Part shown: one piece after another, positions 52,601 through 64,000 of the stretch
Layout of the letters: every line of letters starts with the position of its first letter
Position numbering within the stretch: the stretch's first letter is position 1
Source: Phoronis australis
Taxonomy: Eukaryota > Animalia > Phoronida
Assembly (NCBI GenBank): GCA_002633005.1
Contig: NMRA01000007.1
Coordinates: 1,316,362-1,380,361 of the forward strand
Length of the DNA: 64,000 nt
Direction of reading: 5' to 3'
Translations under genes and position numbers: made by a program
The notes under the pieces: model-generated
Told to the model about the DNA's origin: nothing
The model's database searches: none
Seen by the model: only the letters and a program-made list of their open reading frames with translations

Positions 52601-55600
52601 ACCGAGTGTTGAATTATGGGAATAACTGGTATGTAAGCAGCCACCATACTCACAATTTCTGTTGCTAAAATCAATGTACCCGTATCTCACCACTAGGATC
52701 CAGCAAATGACAAGACTAATTAAATCCACTAAGTTCACACTGCCATGGGTTCAAACACATCCCTGACGAGGGTAGCCTCACAGAATGTGCATACCTAATG
52801 TGCCACTCAGATGGGTGGGGGTTTCACACTCACTTTTTCCGATTGCATTTCCTACGAAATAGCTCATATTAGGGTTTAACAACTCTACCAATGGATAAGA
52901 TTTTGTCCAGAACTACTTAAAACGTTTTAACGATTTATTTTGCTTAAGTTTGTGGTTACACATTCAAATGAATTGTTTTAACAATTAGAATTGTGGTAAG
53001 TCTCTAAATGCTGAAGGGGTATTTGATATACAGACTCTGTAAAAAGTGACTTAGGGAAAGCTAGTCAAAACATTAACCTCAAAGAGGACCAAGGGTCCAA
53101 AAGATACTGTACGTGTCCAAGCAAATCCTATGTCACATTCAGAGTAAAGATGAATACTAACAGACAAACACATTATCAACAGCAAACTGCTATATATCCT
53201 GAAATTTTAAAATATACAAGATATTGTAACAGGAAATATGTAACCAAACTGAATACAATTCAACTTGTAATAATGATGACTTGGTTGCCACGGCAACGAA
53301 AAGGATGCTTATTATAGGTGGTACAGCAATGTGTTAGTCCGTACACAAGGTTAAACATAAAGACAGTTTGAAACAACTGCACAAATTTGTTCACATGCAT
53401 ATTTCTCATCATTCCAAAAATGCTAAATGCATGCACCTGTTGAATTCCTTTAGTACATACTCCGGGGTGTACCTGAACTAATCTGAGGGTACACTGACCA
53501 GCAGTGGAAAACAGGTTACTTCATAGTACACAATAGACAGGCGAGTTTAACTAATAGCTTCACAATTTAGAAATCAAAAGATGATTCTTCATTTTGAAAC
53601 TTCAAATAATTTTTTGATATGCCATTAGAACAATTTTACAACAAAACCAGGTACATAAGAACATAGCCTTATATTCAAGTATGGTCTTATATTCAAATGA
53701 CGGGCCGCGGCATGTTATTTGGGGTTGGTAACATTCTTGTGTGAACAAAAGCGTAAATTCGAATATGAAATGCACAGCATTTGTTGAATTGTTTTTCCTA
53801 TTATTTATTCATTACATATATTTTCATAGGAAGTGGTTTTAGCCAATGAGTATTTTATTAATTTGATGCTTAAAATTGTCATGACTCATCCGCAGAAAAA
53901 AACAAGAAAAATGATAATTGGCTTTGTATCCCAAAGAACAGTAGGCCTTATTCGAATATAAGGCAATGGCCTTATATAGCAGGTTAAACGCTAAAAATAT
54001 TTACACGTAAAAAATAAGAAATACACTAAACAATTCAACGACTTGCTAACAAGGCAGTTGTTCATGAATGCCTACCTTTGACATCTGTGTGAAGCGTGTC
54101 TTTCAGTTGGTCAGACATTTTGGCTCCCAACAGCACCTGCAGCCCTTCGTTTGCAAACCTGCGCGCCATCACAGCCGCATTGCCCCCTAGGGCCCAACGA
54201 GTTTTGTCATAACTCTTGGCAGCGTGCAAGATGTTCTGCCATAAGGTGGCATTGTTAACGTATCGTCTGAAATCAACATAACGATGACTTATTATAAAGA
54301 CCATGCAAATTGTCAAGACTCACAATTGCAAATAAAACAAAGAATCAAACTTAGCTCTGAAAATAAGTCGGTTAGACTTCAACGGTTATATCGTACAAAT
54401 TTGAACACCCTGACCATCACTGGTTGTCAGGTGACGACAACATGTTACCCCTATTATCATAATTACTTGTCAATAATCAGTTTTATTCGCTCATCACAGA
54501 GAAAGATATTCATTGAATACAATGTTCTAAGTAAACGCTAGCTACATATGAACTCAGTTCTATGACTGAGAATCCAAATTGGAGTGCTCAGGCTGCGACA
54601 TGATGTACAATACCAGACCAGCAAAAAGCCCCAAAATTTTCCTAAAAGCACCCACTTTCAAGAAAAAGCAATAGCATCCTCCAAATCACTTGTCAATATG
54701 CAGTGCAATTTGCCTCTTGGTTGAACTGTTTGGACATTTGGCTCACACGCTGGATATACCGAGTTCAAATCTCAGGACCGGTGGATTTTTCAACACATTC
54801 ATTGTACAGTGCTGTATTTGTAACCACTGGTAACAGGGTAAGTGGTTTGACTGTACAATATGAAGTTATGAACAAAAACAAACTTAACAAGAGTAACGCG
54901 GAGCGTTGAAATGCACCCACGACTGCACCGCAAATAGTGTGCTTCTAGGGGTGTTTATTTGTATCATAAAAATAGCCATTAGATAGCTTGAACCCATCCA
55001 AAAATGGGAAGGAGTTGTCGTCTCTCAAAATTATTTGATAAATTTTATGAAAATCCGTCAAAGAACTCCAAAGATACAGGCAAATGTAAAAAAACAAACT
55101 GTCACTAAGAACCACAGCAACTTAGTCAAATCCATCTACCTGCTGCAAATGGTTTAGGAGATACAGCCATAGATGTGAAAAAAAATGTCATTAGGGGGCA
55201 CAGTAGTTAGACTCAATTGAAAATCAGTCATGCCCTTGTCAGTAAGAACACATCAGCCAATTTTCATAATGATCCTCTGCGCGGTTTAGCAGATACAGAA
55301 GCAAAAAACAAAAAAACAAATTAATAGGACCCCTAGTTGGTGCGAAATACATCAAATCCATCACAAAAAGGAAAGCTGCTGTCATCTTCGTAATAAAAAT
55401 TTGTTATTTGTTTGCCCAAGTTCATGAAAAGCATCAAAAAAATCTGAAGTTACAGAGGCAAACATAAAAAATAAAATTGCCACTAGGGAGCACTGTTGTA
55501 GTTGGATTGGTCTGAAACTGGTCATCATCTGTTGCCATCTCCATAGAAAAACATCTGCTAAATTTCGTGAACATAGATCTTGTAGAGGATAAAGGAGATA

Positions 55601-56987
55601 CAGCCGTGGACCCAAAAAATAAAATTGCCACTAGGGGAGGCCAGAGTAGTTGAACACGTTCGAGAATCAACATCAGCCTTGGTCTTCTGATCAAGAACAA
55701 TTTCTAAATTTTAATAATGATCAAAATACAGAAAAATTGAGTCAAATAATGGAATTTGCTTACTTGAGTTAGCGACAACGCGGCATCCATTATTTAACTC
55801 AATTTTTCTTAATTTCGTTACCTCAACTGGATGTCTCAAAACTTTCATGATTTTAATTTCAAGCAGTTTGGTGGATGGAAAGGGAGATATGAAAATGTAT
55901 TAAAAAAATTTTAAAATGGTCACAGAGTGATGCAGAATACGCCAAATCCGCTTGAAAATGAGGTGTTGTCTTTTCCTCAATTGAAACCTATTTGCAAAAT
56001 TTCATAATAGAAACAGCCGCTATACATCAAATCTATCCGAAAGCGGGAACCTGTTGACTCTTTAATTGAAACCTGTTTACTACATTTCATAAAAATCTGC
56101 CGAGGAGTTTCAAAGATACAGAGGACAATGGGAAAAAATGCCACTAGGGGCACAGCAGTAGTCGCAGGTCCGTCGAAATGTCGTTGTCAACTTCATATAT
56201 TANNNNNNNNNNNNNNNNNNNNNNNNNGGTTAGTGCCTGGGACAAATAGATACATTGCATAAACAATCCCTGGGTTGCTTTTTGTTCCGTCTGAAGAAAA
56301 TTTAATTTTGAAAATATCTTCTGAAAATGAACAAAAAAGTGCATTAGTAAAATCAACAAGTTTTTAAGTGGTCTCAAAAACACAGTCGGTAAATGCATTA
56401 ATTTTAGTCTCAGTTCTTCTACGCGTGTTTCTCCCGAGAGGTTAGTACCTAACGTGCAGACGAGCGTTCCAAATTGGAACGCTAAGTCCCGCGTGGCAGC
56501 GCTGCACGCGAAACAAGATGGCGGACGACCTTTGGAGACTGACGACGAGAGGTAATCGGACTATAAATATGTGGGCGCATAAAAATGAAAATAAATAAAA
56601 ATCTTCTCCATATATTTAAATGAAAATAAATAAAAATCACAAAAACACCTACTCAGCTGCTGCCCCATGTTGAAAGAAGAATCCAAATAGACCATCAAGG
56701 TCTTCGTCTTTTGTCACGACATGGTAATGGGCTGGGTTGTTGGACGGTTGTAGACCGATTCGTCGAAAGACTTCGATGGCTGGCAGAAATCCGTCAAGAC
56801 AGGCGCCAAACCCAACAGCAACTTTCGACTCCGGCCGCACGACCTTCTCTTCTGCTCGCAGCAAACCCGATAAAACTGTTTCTAGCCTATCGTTCAATAT
56901 TTCGTTAGCATTTCGGTTATAAAAATAAGCTCCTAAAAGGACGAGAAGTGATAAAATACCACCAGCTTTTACAGCGAAGTGTGCCAT
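34630..56987 (-). CDS. ADPGK: ADP-dependent glucokinase, 475 aa, 5 coding exons with two alternative versions of exon 3
   Basis: Exons 56653-56987 (signal/anchor, VAVGFGACLD, GAAAE), 54076-54266 (GGNAAVMA), 43066-43162 or 41534-41630 (..EY..G..WG...PRANR), 38019-38155 (LIIHSD..NP; LGGLQMMD), 34630-35297 (VHFELAS, DSLGMNEQEL, HVHTL, catalytic TGGGGDNIS). Total 1428 nt with either exon 3. Confidence 0.93.
37626..37986. mobile_element. MITE family B (TTAA-flanked)
   Basis: ttaa|aaggacaccaaa...tttggtatcctt|ttaa; ends about 30 bp from the ADPGK exon 4 donor. Confidence 0.8.
41534..41630 (-). CDS. ADPGK: ADPGK exon 3b (alternative, 97 nt)
   Basis: ttgtag acceptor and gtacac donor; phase 1 to 2; encodes VATSGSIVDPVHLLMEYEKGTTWGTVTAPRANR. 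Confidence 0.85.
43066..43162 (-). CDS. ADPGK: ADPGK exon 3a (alternative, 97 nt)
   Basis: ttccag acceptor and gtaaca donor; phase 1 to 2; encodes VSNNLRGQDDAHIVLEYPAGQTWGRFTSPRANR. Confidence 0.85.
45989..47530 (+). CDS. UDP-glucuronosyl/UDP-glycosyltransferase-like protein (GT1), single coding exon, nested antisense in ADPGK intron 2
   Basis: 513-aa ORF: signal peptide, AKILMFP, FDLMFID, MTFPQRLSN, GVIVVSF, KVIWHY, LAHPNVKLFI, GVPIIAIPL, YWIDYM, MPWYKYYLIDV, C-terminal TM helix and short tail; typical metazoan UGT layout. Confidence 0.92.
   Translation: MIWSLKVILLCSLVSGLDGAKILMFPFGHFNHPILQYTEHLSTLLAKNHSVFVLINSGYEPPTPMIDAGVNLIQFGRPPDAHTKEQNLNMSLAKYADMSMYDFYRLEGDASVEFCKVVVKNEQLLETLKQQKFDLMFIDCVELCGRMLASHLDLPAITLQWDLSVAKMENLEFSFDLSYFPHDFLPNIRDVMTFPQRLSNVVDFILGAYSMAYFQKRLKRIGQQNKLNIKTLDDLSLIYGNFPFEYPTLTSPDMVFAGDVFIPKPAPLPKDVEKFIAGESGVIVVSFSDFIYDYGERFLTIFTTALSTVPYKVIWHYKGSVKPSGLGNNVKVVKKFQRSSYLAHPNVKLFISGSTVGDAYEATHFGVPIIAIPLNMDGYRDSTRLAKHFKMGTKMEIMQLTSISLSHKIEDVMENPEFLKNAQNMKNLVREQPIDSRQALNYWIDYMIKYKSAAHLIPYGRHMPWYKYYLIDVIVVFKMAVLLLIYVVYRTVKYFLGPKAAQASIPARHSKDD
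53667..53964. mobile_element. MITE-like element
   Basis: Inverted ends gccttatattcaagtatggtct / aggccttattcgaatataaggc. Confidence 0.6.
54886..56585 (+). mobile_element. Helentron/Helitron2-associated non-autonomous element (HINE-like) with internal degenerate tandem units
   Basis: Starts aacaagag; subterminal inverted repeats atgcacccac (54911) / gtgggcgcat (56571); ends ataaaaa; internal repeats of gccactagggg and tttcat...gatacag; the same 3' end with a full hairpin is at 39225-39259. Confidence 0.6.
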
Positions 56988-57518
56988 TCCAGCAAACTTG
57001 TTTTGTTGGCAGGTGAGGAAGTATTCATTACGATACAGCATTGCATATTTAAAAATATTAAAATTGTAAAAGTTTACAAAGACTCATTATTTTTTTGGCA
57101 TTAAACAATGACAATTTCCCTTAATTTCAAGTGTTTTTTTTTAAGTCATCTAAATTTTCTATGTGAAAACAAATAATTTCTTTTCCAAAAAAATAAAGAT
57201 AGCCGGTTCACTAAGGACCGCACAAATCTCAACTTCCGCGCGAGAACTTGAACACTTGAATGCTGGTGAACTCCAACAAGGAATGGCTTTTTACAGGATT
57301 AAGCAGCTTAAGATGGCTTGTGTCTTTTACTAGCTTGGTAATTTAGTTTCTTGAATATGTGATTAATACAAAAAAGCACATTATGCAACTGGTGATCATT
57401 TCACCACAACGTGGGAGTGAGACAGACAACCAGTAACAGTCCTGTGTAGCCTGGGCCTGGGGCTCTGCCTCTGGTGGTACTGGTAGCCTGACTTGGTCGG
57501 TGCATAGCTGTAGGCATT

Positions 57519-57807
57519 GGCGGATTTAGGGGGGGGGGGGGGGNNNNNNNNNNNNAAGGGGGCCATGGCCCCCTCTAAAATTCTACCAGATACCATTTGG
57601 GAGTTCGGGTGCGCACAAGCAAGGGCTCGTCGGGTGTGAAACGCATAGGCCTTGAACAAACACCGTTTTTTTAGTCAATAGGTCCGCAACCCCAAACATT
57701 CGAGGCTTCTGCGTACCCACATTTTAGGCTGGGCGCGTGCATCTGCCGAAATTCTGGTTATTCCCGTGCCCTGCCCCCTCCCCCAACTCAAAATCCTGGA
57801 TCCGCCC
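57519..57807. mobile_element. Small element with ggcggat.tag / ctggatccgcc inverted ends and G/C tracts
   Basis: ggcggatttaggggg ... aaaatcctggatccgcc; contains an N gap. Confidence 0.6.
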
Positions 57808-59282
57808 TTGGTAGGCCTATGTATCGTCCGGTTACCTATTTTCGTCAGGCTCCAAAGTTCGTCCGCCATCTTGTTTCGCGTGCAGCGCAACCACGCGGGA
57901 CTTAGCGTTCCAATTTGGAGTGCTCGTCTGCACGTTAGGTACTAACTTATCGGAAGAGACACGTATCAAANGATCCGCCCTTGGTAGGCCTATGTATACT
58001 AATTATACAGCTTTGCAAAGATGTGGGTAAAAATTGTTCAAATAAAATCTGACGCAAAATTAGTACACTCTTGAGCAAACTAAATTATTTACCGGTGTTG
58101 TAAAATTGGCGTTCTACCTTTATTCTGCTGCTAAAATTGTTATGCGTCTGCTATCTGTGCCATGAAATATAGCGCCACTTGTTGGCCAATTCCTTTTTTT
58201 GATGATGCTTCTATCAACTGTTCTTCCTCAAGGTTGCGTACATATCATAACAAATTATTGGAACTGGTTTCATTTTGTTATCAGTTTTTAGTATTTTAAT
58301 GCTAGCAAACCGAATTTCAGAACAAATTGATGCTGCAAAGCTGCTATCATCTCGTGAAAGATGTTGCAAAAAATTTAGGAAATGACGCATGCAGTTGTCA
58401 CGAGCGTACTGTTTTCAAAACGACGATAAACTTTTCTTTGTTACAAAAGACGGAAAATTGTGCAAGAAATTGACATTTGTTAGATTGTTTTTACTTAAAT
58501 GGCTGTAACGGCCTAGATGAGTGTCGGTTGAGTCTCTGATTTGGCACACAATCCCGCCAAAGCTGTTCATGTTGATATAAGTTTCACGAGGTGACGAGCT
58601 AAACTACTCGGGCAGTATAAAATTTCTAGGTCTATTGGAGCTTAACACACAGTGGTTCCTAACTGTATTTTGACAATAATCTGCATACAACTAGCTGGCT
58701 ACTTAAAAAATCTGCACGACTACGGCCACTGCGGATCTGTTGAACACAGGCCGCCGGCAGGAGAGTTGATCATCCAAAGTGTTCTGCCAACAGGCAACTG
58801 GAACCCAACAATGGTAGAATGCACGAGTGGGTGGGGCACACACAAAACTCGAAAGGCAAAACTCATGGTAAAAGTAGAATAAGTGAGTCCCTCATGAAAA
58901 TGGCTGCCATGAACCAGTTATTCAGTGAAAACTGGTTTCCAGCAGCCATTTTCAAGAGGAACCCGTCTACTTGACTTTTACCATTACTCATGTTGGGGTT
59001 ACCCACCTCTTTTTGTGTCATGCACATTTGAAATGTTAAAGGACTTGCCAATTTTTTATAAAATATAGTTTGTTTTATCAAAGTTAAGAAACAATCCCGT
59101 CTAATAGTACCAGTAGTAATCTCAATACTGCGTTTTTTTACCTTTAAGCTGATGTGCAGTTTCATTGTGAAGTACCTCTTGCCTTGGTTCTCCTGAAAAT
59201 CTGTACGTTCGTTATCAGGGCACTGGAGTAGGCTGAAGTCTTATGCTGGTCAGTTCCAATCATCCTGGAGCCAGACGAAATA

Positions 59283-62200
59283 ATGATAGCCAGTTGCAGT
59301 AGCAGGGACTATGTACCATTTGGTCGTGATCATCATCAGCGACACCCTGGCCCTGTGTCGCTTCAACTGGCCAGTCACAACCACCAACCAGCCGTCCCCA
59401 TCTTAAAAGCCCTCAAGGACTGCTCAATCAATGATCCCAAACAGGTATACCATGAGGTTGTCATGAATATGAGCACTGTTTTGATTATTATCACTAAGTT
59501 ACATTTTGTTTCACAAGTGAGCTAAAATGTAAAAGTAGAACAAATGTTCACATATGTAAGATAAATGCAAAAAATCTGCTCCTCTTAAAAGCTTTGCAGT
59601 ATGTTTGTCCCGCAGTTGGGGGTATCGCTCAAAAGCTATGTTATTTAGACACATTTCTGTACTTTTCATTGCTGATTTTTCATCCTGTTAGCATTGGTGA
59701 CTTGTCATTTTGAAAACAAATTAATTGAGGCACTGTCAAGACAATTATTGTTGGTTGAGTATTCATGGTTGCGCAGTTTTTTTCTTCTTTTCTTTCCTTC
59801 ATTTTCAGTTTTCCAGTCTTGTGCAGTTCCGGTACCTTTATGATAACTATTGGATATTGAACACTACTGATAATAGATGTCTTGTCGTAATAGTAAATTT
59901 CTCACTTTCAATTTAATGTGTTACATTGCACCTTCATTCTCTCCTAGGAAAAAAGCAGACCTTATCAGTGATTAATTTGGTTGTGATGAAACTGAAAGAT
60001 TACTAGACATTCACTGGACTGTACAATTGTGTCTATAAAATATTACGTTTCACTAAAATTACGGTAGTGCAGTTGGTCAGATGCATATTGCAACAGACAT
60101 GCACAGGTCGCTCAGCTGCATACATTGCACCATACATTGCACCATACATTGCACCATACATTGCACCATACATTGCACCACACATTGCACCATACAGCTG
60201 AAGCTTTATTATTCACATATAATACATATAGACATATACACAAATTCAGACCTGAATTGAAGAGGTAATGAGGAGTTAGAGACCTGACTCAAGGTTCTAG
60301 CAGTGGGCTTCACTGGGATTCGAACTCCATGAGCTGGTGCAGAGGATGCAGTCATAAAGACACTTAACCCACCAGGTCACACTGCCTTCTCTATGGTTCA
60401 CTTACTTGTGCTGATGGTAAAACTTGATAACACATAAAATATGTCAGTATACTTCTGGAGTCTTAGAGACTTCTTTACCAACTTTTATTATCCATTAATT
60501 GTTAGTTGAAATATCATCCAAAGAAAAAGCTATCTTTTTGTAGATTGACCAGTGGTCAGTTCGACCAACACCTGCGGGGAGTGGTTCATCAGAGGAGGAG
60601 CTTTATGTCAAAGGTCAAACAGTCATCTGGAGCTGTATTGGGCCAGACAATGCTCACAAAGTGATCAAATCGTACACAGTCAACAGTCCTGTTAAACAAG
60701 CCTTCTGGGCCCAGTTTGTTCTCTCATCATCAGAGGAAGATGATTCTCCTAATGGTATGATGTGATGAGAGCCGTCAGAGCTCAGTTGTTTGAGCTCAAG
60801 AGTTCTGATGTGTAGATTGTCAATCGATTGCTGGCTAATGTCAGACAATAGAGCATTACTCGAGTAGATCTCGTGAATTGGCAGGGAATGAAAACTAAGA
60901 TTTATTGCAAAACCTATTTCCAAGGGGGACTAGAATTTTGTTTAAAAGTAATTCCGGAATGATTCACTGTGTGAGGAATAGATTCCAGCTTGTGATTTTG
61001 TACATGACAACAGTGGGAGCTATTTACATTGTGATTGAAATAACTGTTTGCCAGCATAAATTGAGTATTTTTATTTTCACAACCAGAGAAGTGTTAGTAC
61101 CTTGACAGTTTCGGCTTCTCTCAGCAGCCATCTTCCAATGCTATTTGACACTAGGTGGTGTGGTGATGAGACTGTTCCAAATTTTAGATGGGGGTGTAAA
61201 TTATCTAAAATTTGAAACAGTCTCATCACCATGCCACCTAGTGTTCAGTTGCTTCGGAAAACGGCTGCTGAGAGGAGCCAAAACTGTCAAGGTACTAACA
61301 CTTTTTTCTGGTTGTGAAAATAAGAAACTGTACTCTACCAATCTTATGAAATTACTTAGTGATATTTGCCAGCATACAAAACATGAATTTTCCTATGAGA
61401 ATTTGTGTTTTTATAATATTGTTCATGCATCAATTTAGCACCAATTTAACTACCATTTTCCTTCATAATTAGCATGAACTTAATTATGGTAAGGCTCAGC
61501 GCAATTCCTGAACACATCCCAAGATAGCAATCCATTATTTATTTACTATAGAAGTGCAGAATGGTATCTGTGTTGTGGAGAGTCACTGTGTCAGTGTGTT
61601 CACCGACCAGGGCGAGGACTACGTTGCTGCTCTTCCGTTTGAGGTTTGTACCCCCCTGGGTCTGATTAAATACAAAGAGTACTCCCAGTAAGGCTAGTAT
61701 CTTGTTAGTTAAGTGAGATTGTGCAAGTCTTCACGGGTTATCACCAAGCATTGTGAGTGAAGCTTGTGGTCTCGCTGACTTACACTTATGAGTGTGTTGC
61801 AGTATTCAAAGTCTCTTACTTTGTCGTAAGTGCAGCTCAGCCATGTGTCACTAGTTCTATGGAATTCGAAAGATATTTTATTGGTAGAAAACTTTGTGGC
61901 CAGTTACATGAAATAGTCCCAAATAGGTACACTATGTTCCTTAATTTTTTGTGGCATTTTTGGACACGTGCAAACACTATTTGTCCTCTGTTTCAACTTT
62001 CTTGAAAAAGCATGCTAGACCCCTGCTTGGCTCTGTTTAGGAACTACAGAAGATGACGAAGGGATTGAACCTGTTACAAGATTGAGGAATGAATATTTTG
62101 GAGGTCCTTGTTGGTTAATAAGTCAGTGATATAACGTTTTTAGTTTAACATCTAATTAGTGTAACTACGTCGACACACAGATGTCATGTTGTGCTCAAAT

Positions 62201-64000
62201 TCTTGATCATGTTATACAGGTGTCGAATGCTTGGAGAATCAAGTCGGGCGTACTCTTTGAAAGATGCTTTGCTCAGAGTGACACCCTTAATAAGGAGTCA
62301 CAACCCTTACCCATCTGGTTCAGTATGATGCATCCTCTGGACGAGATTGCACCGGTAATTAGTAAATCGGGTAAGTTTATCTAGTGTACGAGCACATTGA
62401 GAGGAGTACACACACTTTGAATTAGTATCAGACTGACGATACATGATCATCAATCTGATCACCTTAGATGGCATCATTCATAGAAAGCCTTGGTCTTTAG
62501 ATAATTTATTTTAAATTTTTTTTCGTAGCACAGCCCTGAAAATCGCTTTCAGATAATATCCAGGTTTTCATTCGCTCCCTTGCATACATTCACTAGTAAG
62601 ACCGAGCTCAGATGAGTAGGAGACACCTTTGTGCAATGCTTGATTGTCTGCCACTAAAGCCAGGATTTGAACCTGGGTCTTCCAAACGGGAGTCCGCAGC
62701 TCCTACTACTGAGCCACACTGTCTCCTCATCTATCATTGCTCAGTGATAAGACATCATGAGTTGTTACGATTGATGATGAACATCAAATGGTAAATTATA
62801 TCAACCGTTGGTATGAATGCCTCTTAATGATTTAAATTGCACCATACTGTTCTTGTGGGTTCATACAAATGATTGTCAGATGTGAACTCATAGAAAAATA
62901 ATTTATGATAAATTGTGATCAACCAAAATTGCCATGTTAGATGTGTGCATGTCTTAGTTGGAAATTTTTGCTTATATTGCAAGTATATACTAGCTTTATT
63001 GTTTTGTGCTGCCTTGCGTCTGATTAATTGTTTACCAAGAGCTGTACTTACACAGAATATTACTGTAAATGGATTGTAGTAATAGTTATGATAATTATTA
63101 TAATATTCATGAATAACGGTGGCTCATTTTATATAGCTCTGATATTTCTTTCGATGCCAAGAAGAACAGATAATATACTGAACGTTACTTGTTGCTTTTA
63201 CCTTCATCACTATGAGTGATAGAAACACCAATTTACACATTATGGAATGAGCTAAAATTTGTTGTGCACCTTAAGACTCATTACGACTGTTTTCAGTTGA
63301 GATCCTTTATTTTACTAAAGTCTGGAACAAAACTTGCAGTGTTACTCTTCTGTTCAATGCCCTGACAGTGATTGGACAATCCTTAAGATAAGAATTTTGG
63401 GAAAAATAGGGTATTGTAAGTTGCGTCCATATCTTCATCAAAGATTCAGTCTCCAAAGTCGTAACTTGGACTCCAATTTGCGTTTTGTGTTTAATTCAAG
63501 TTCACGTTAAAGCGAACAATCTAATGTTGTGCTCAAAATGTAGACTACATCCACGTCAGTGAGAACGGTATTAGGTAAATAGTTGCAGAGTGTGAGTCTT
63601 TAGACTGAGTCTGGTATCCTGATTAACAGTATTTCTTGTTGGGTGCTGCTCTGTGTATGGGCACACGGTGAATGAATTTACTCGTCATGTGTGGTTTTGT
63701 ACTCTGTATGTACTGTCCATATTTCAGGTGCCTGTTGTTCTTTTTCTATTTGTATTGTCCACATTTCAGGTGCCTGTTGGTACTGTCCATATTTCTGGTG
63801 CTTCTTGTTCTTACTCTGTTTGTACTGTCCATATTTCGGATGCCTGTGGTTCTTATTCCATTTGTAATGTCTATATTTCAGGTGCCTGTGGTTCTTACAA
63901 GGTAGACTATGAACGCGACCACAGTCAACACATTGTTTACTGTAGCGACGAGCCATCCGTTGTCATGAGCTATGACTCTGTGTTGGGGACACACTCCCTG
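59283..64000 (+). CDS. ANAPC1: Anaphase-promoting complex subunit 1, N-terminal part (continues beyond window)
   Basis: Exons 59283-59444 (MIAS..YVPFGRDH..HP), 60544-60754 (EEELYV..VIWS..TVNSPVKQAFW), 61552-61643 (GEDYVAALPF), 62220-62370 (GVLFER..PLP..FSMMHPLDEIAP), 63882->64000 (HIVY..PSVVMSYD); these match remembered APC1 N-terminal motifs. Confidence 0.92.
60119..60195. repeat. 12-bp tandem repeat (catacattgcac) about x6
   Basis: Directly visible. Confidence 0.9.
60200..60386 (-). mobile_element. tRNA-derived SINE
   Basis: Minus strand reads ggcagtgtgacctggtgggttaag (A-box-like) ... ggagttcgaatccc (B box), with an AATAAA-containing tail. Confidence 0.5.
62620..62717 (-). mobile_element. 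tRNA-derived SINE head
   Basis: Minus strand gtggctcagtagtagg ... ccaggttcaaatcctgg (A and B boxes). Confidence 0.5.
63709..63898 (+). repeat. About 41-bp minisatellite x5 built from the APC1 exon 5 splice acceptor
   Basis: Unit tgtactgtccatatttcaggtgcctgt.gttctt; the last copy supplies the in-frame acceptor. Confidence 0.85.

Noticed and set aside
53284-53297. RFX X-box-like gttgccacggcaac (a similar one near 36652)
   Set aside because: Deep intronic, far from any evident promoter, and such palindromes are common in repeats.

Overview
AT-rich eukaryotic (invertebrate animal-like) genomic DNA with small N gaps. It holds five protein-coding genes in two head-to-head pairs. Calcineurin B (minus, complete, 170 aa) and eEF1-gamma (plus, complete, 425 aa) have start codons only 134 bp apart. 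ADP-dependent glucokinase (minus, 475 aa) faces the 5' part of APC/C subunit 1 (plus, runs off the window). An intronless UDP-glycosyltransferase with a degenerate donor-binding signature is nested antisense in ADPGK intron 2. The most notable observations are a pair of homologous 97-nt exons in ADPGK that look mutually exclusive, intronic H/ACA snoRNA candidates in eEF1G (one strong), tandemly duplicated splice acceptors in ADPGK and APC1, and many MITE, SINE and Helentron-like repeats. Exon boundaries were read by hand from GT/AG signals and reading frame; homology calls come from remembered protein families, not from searches.
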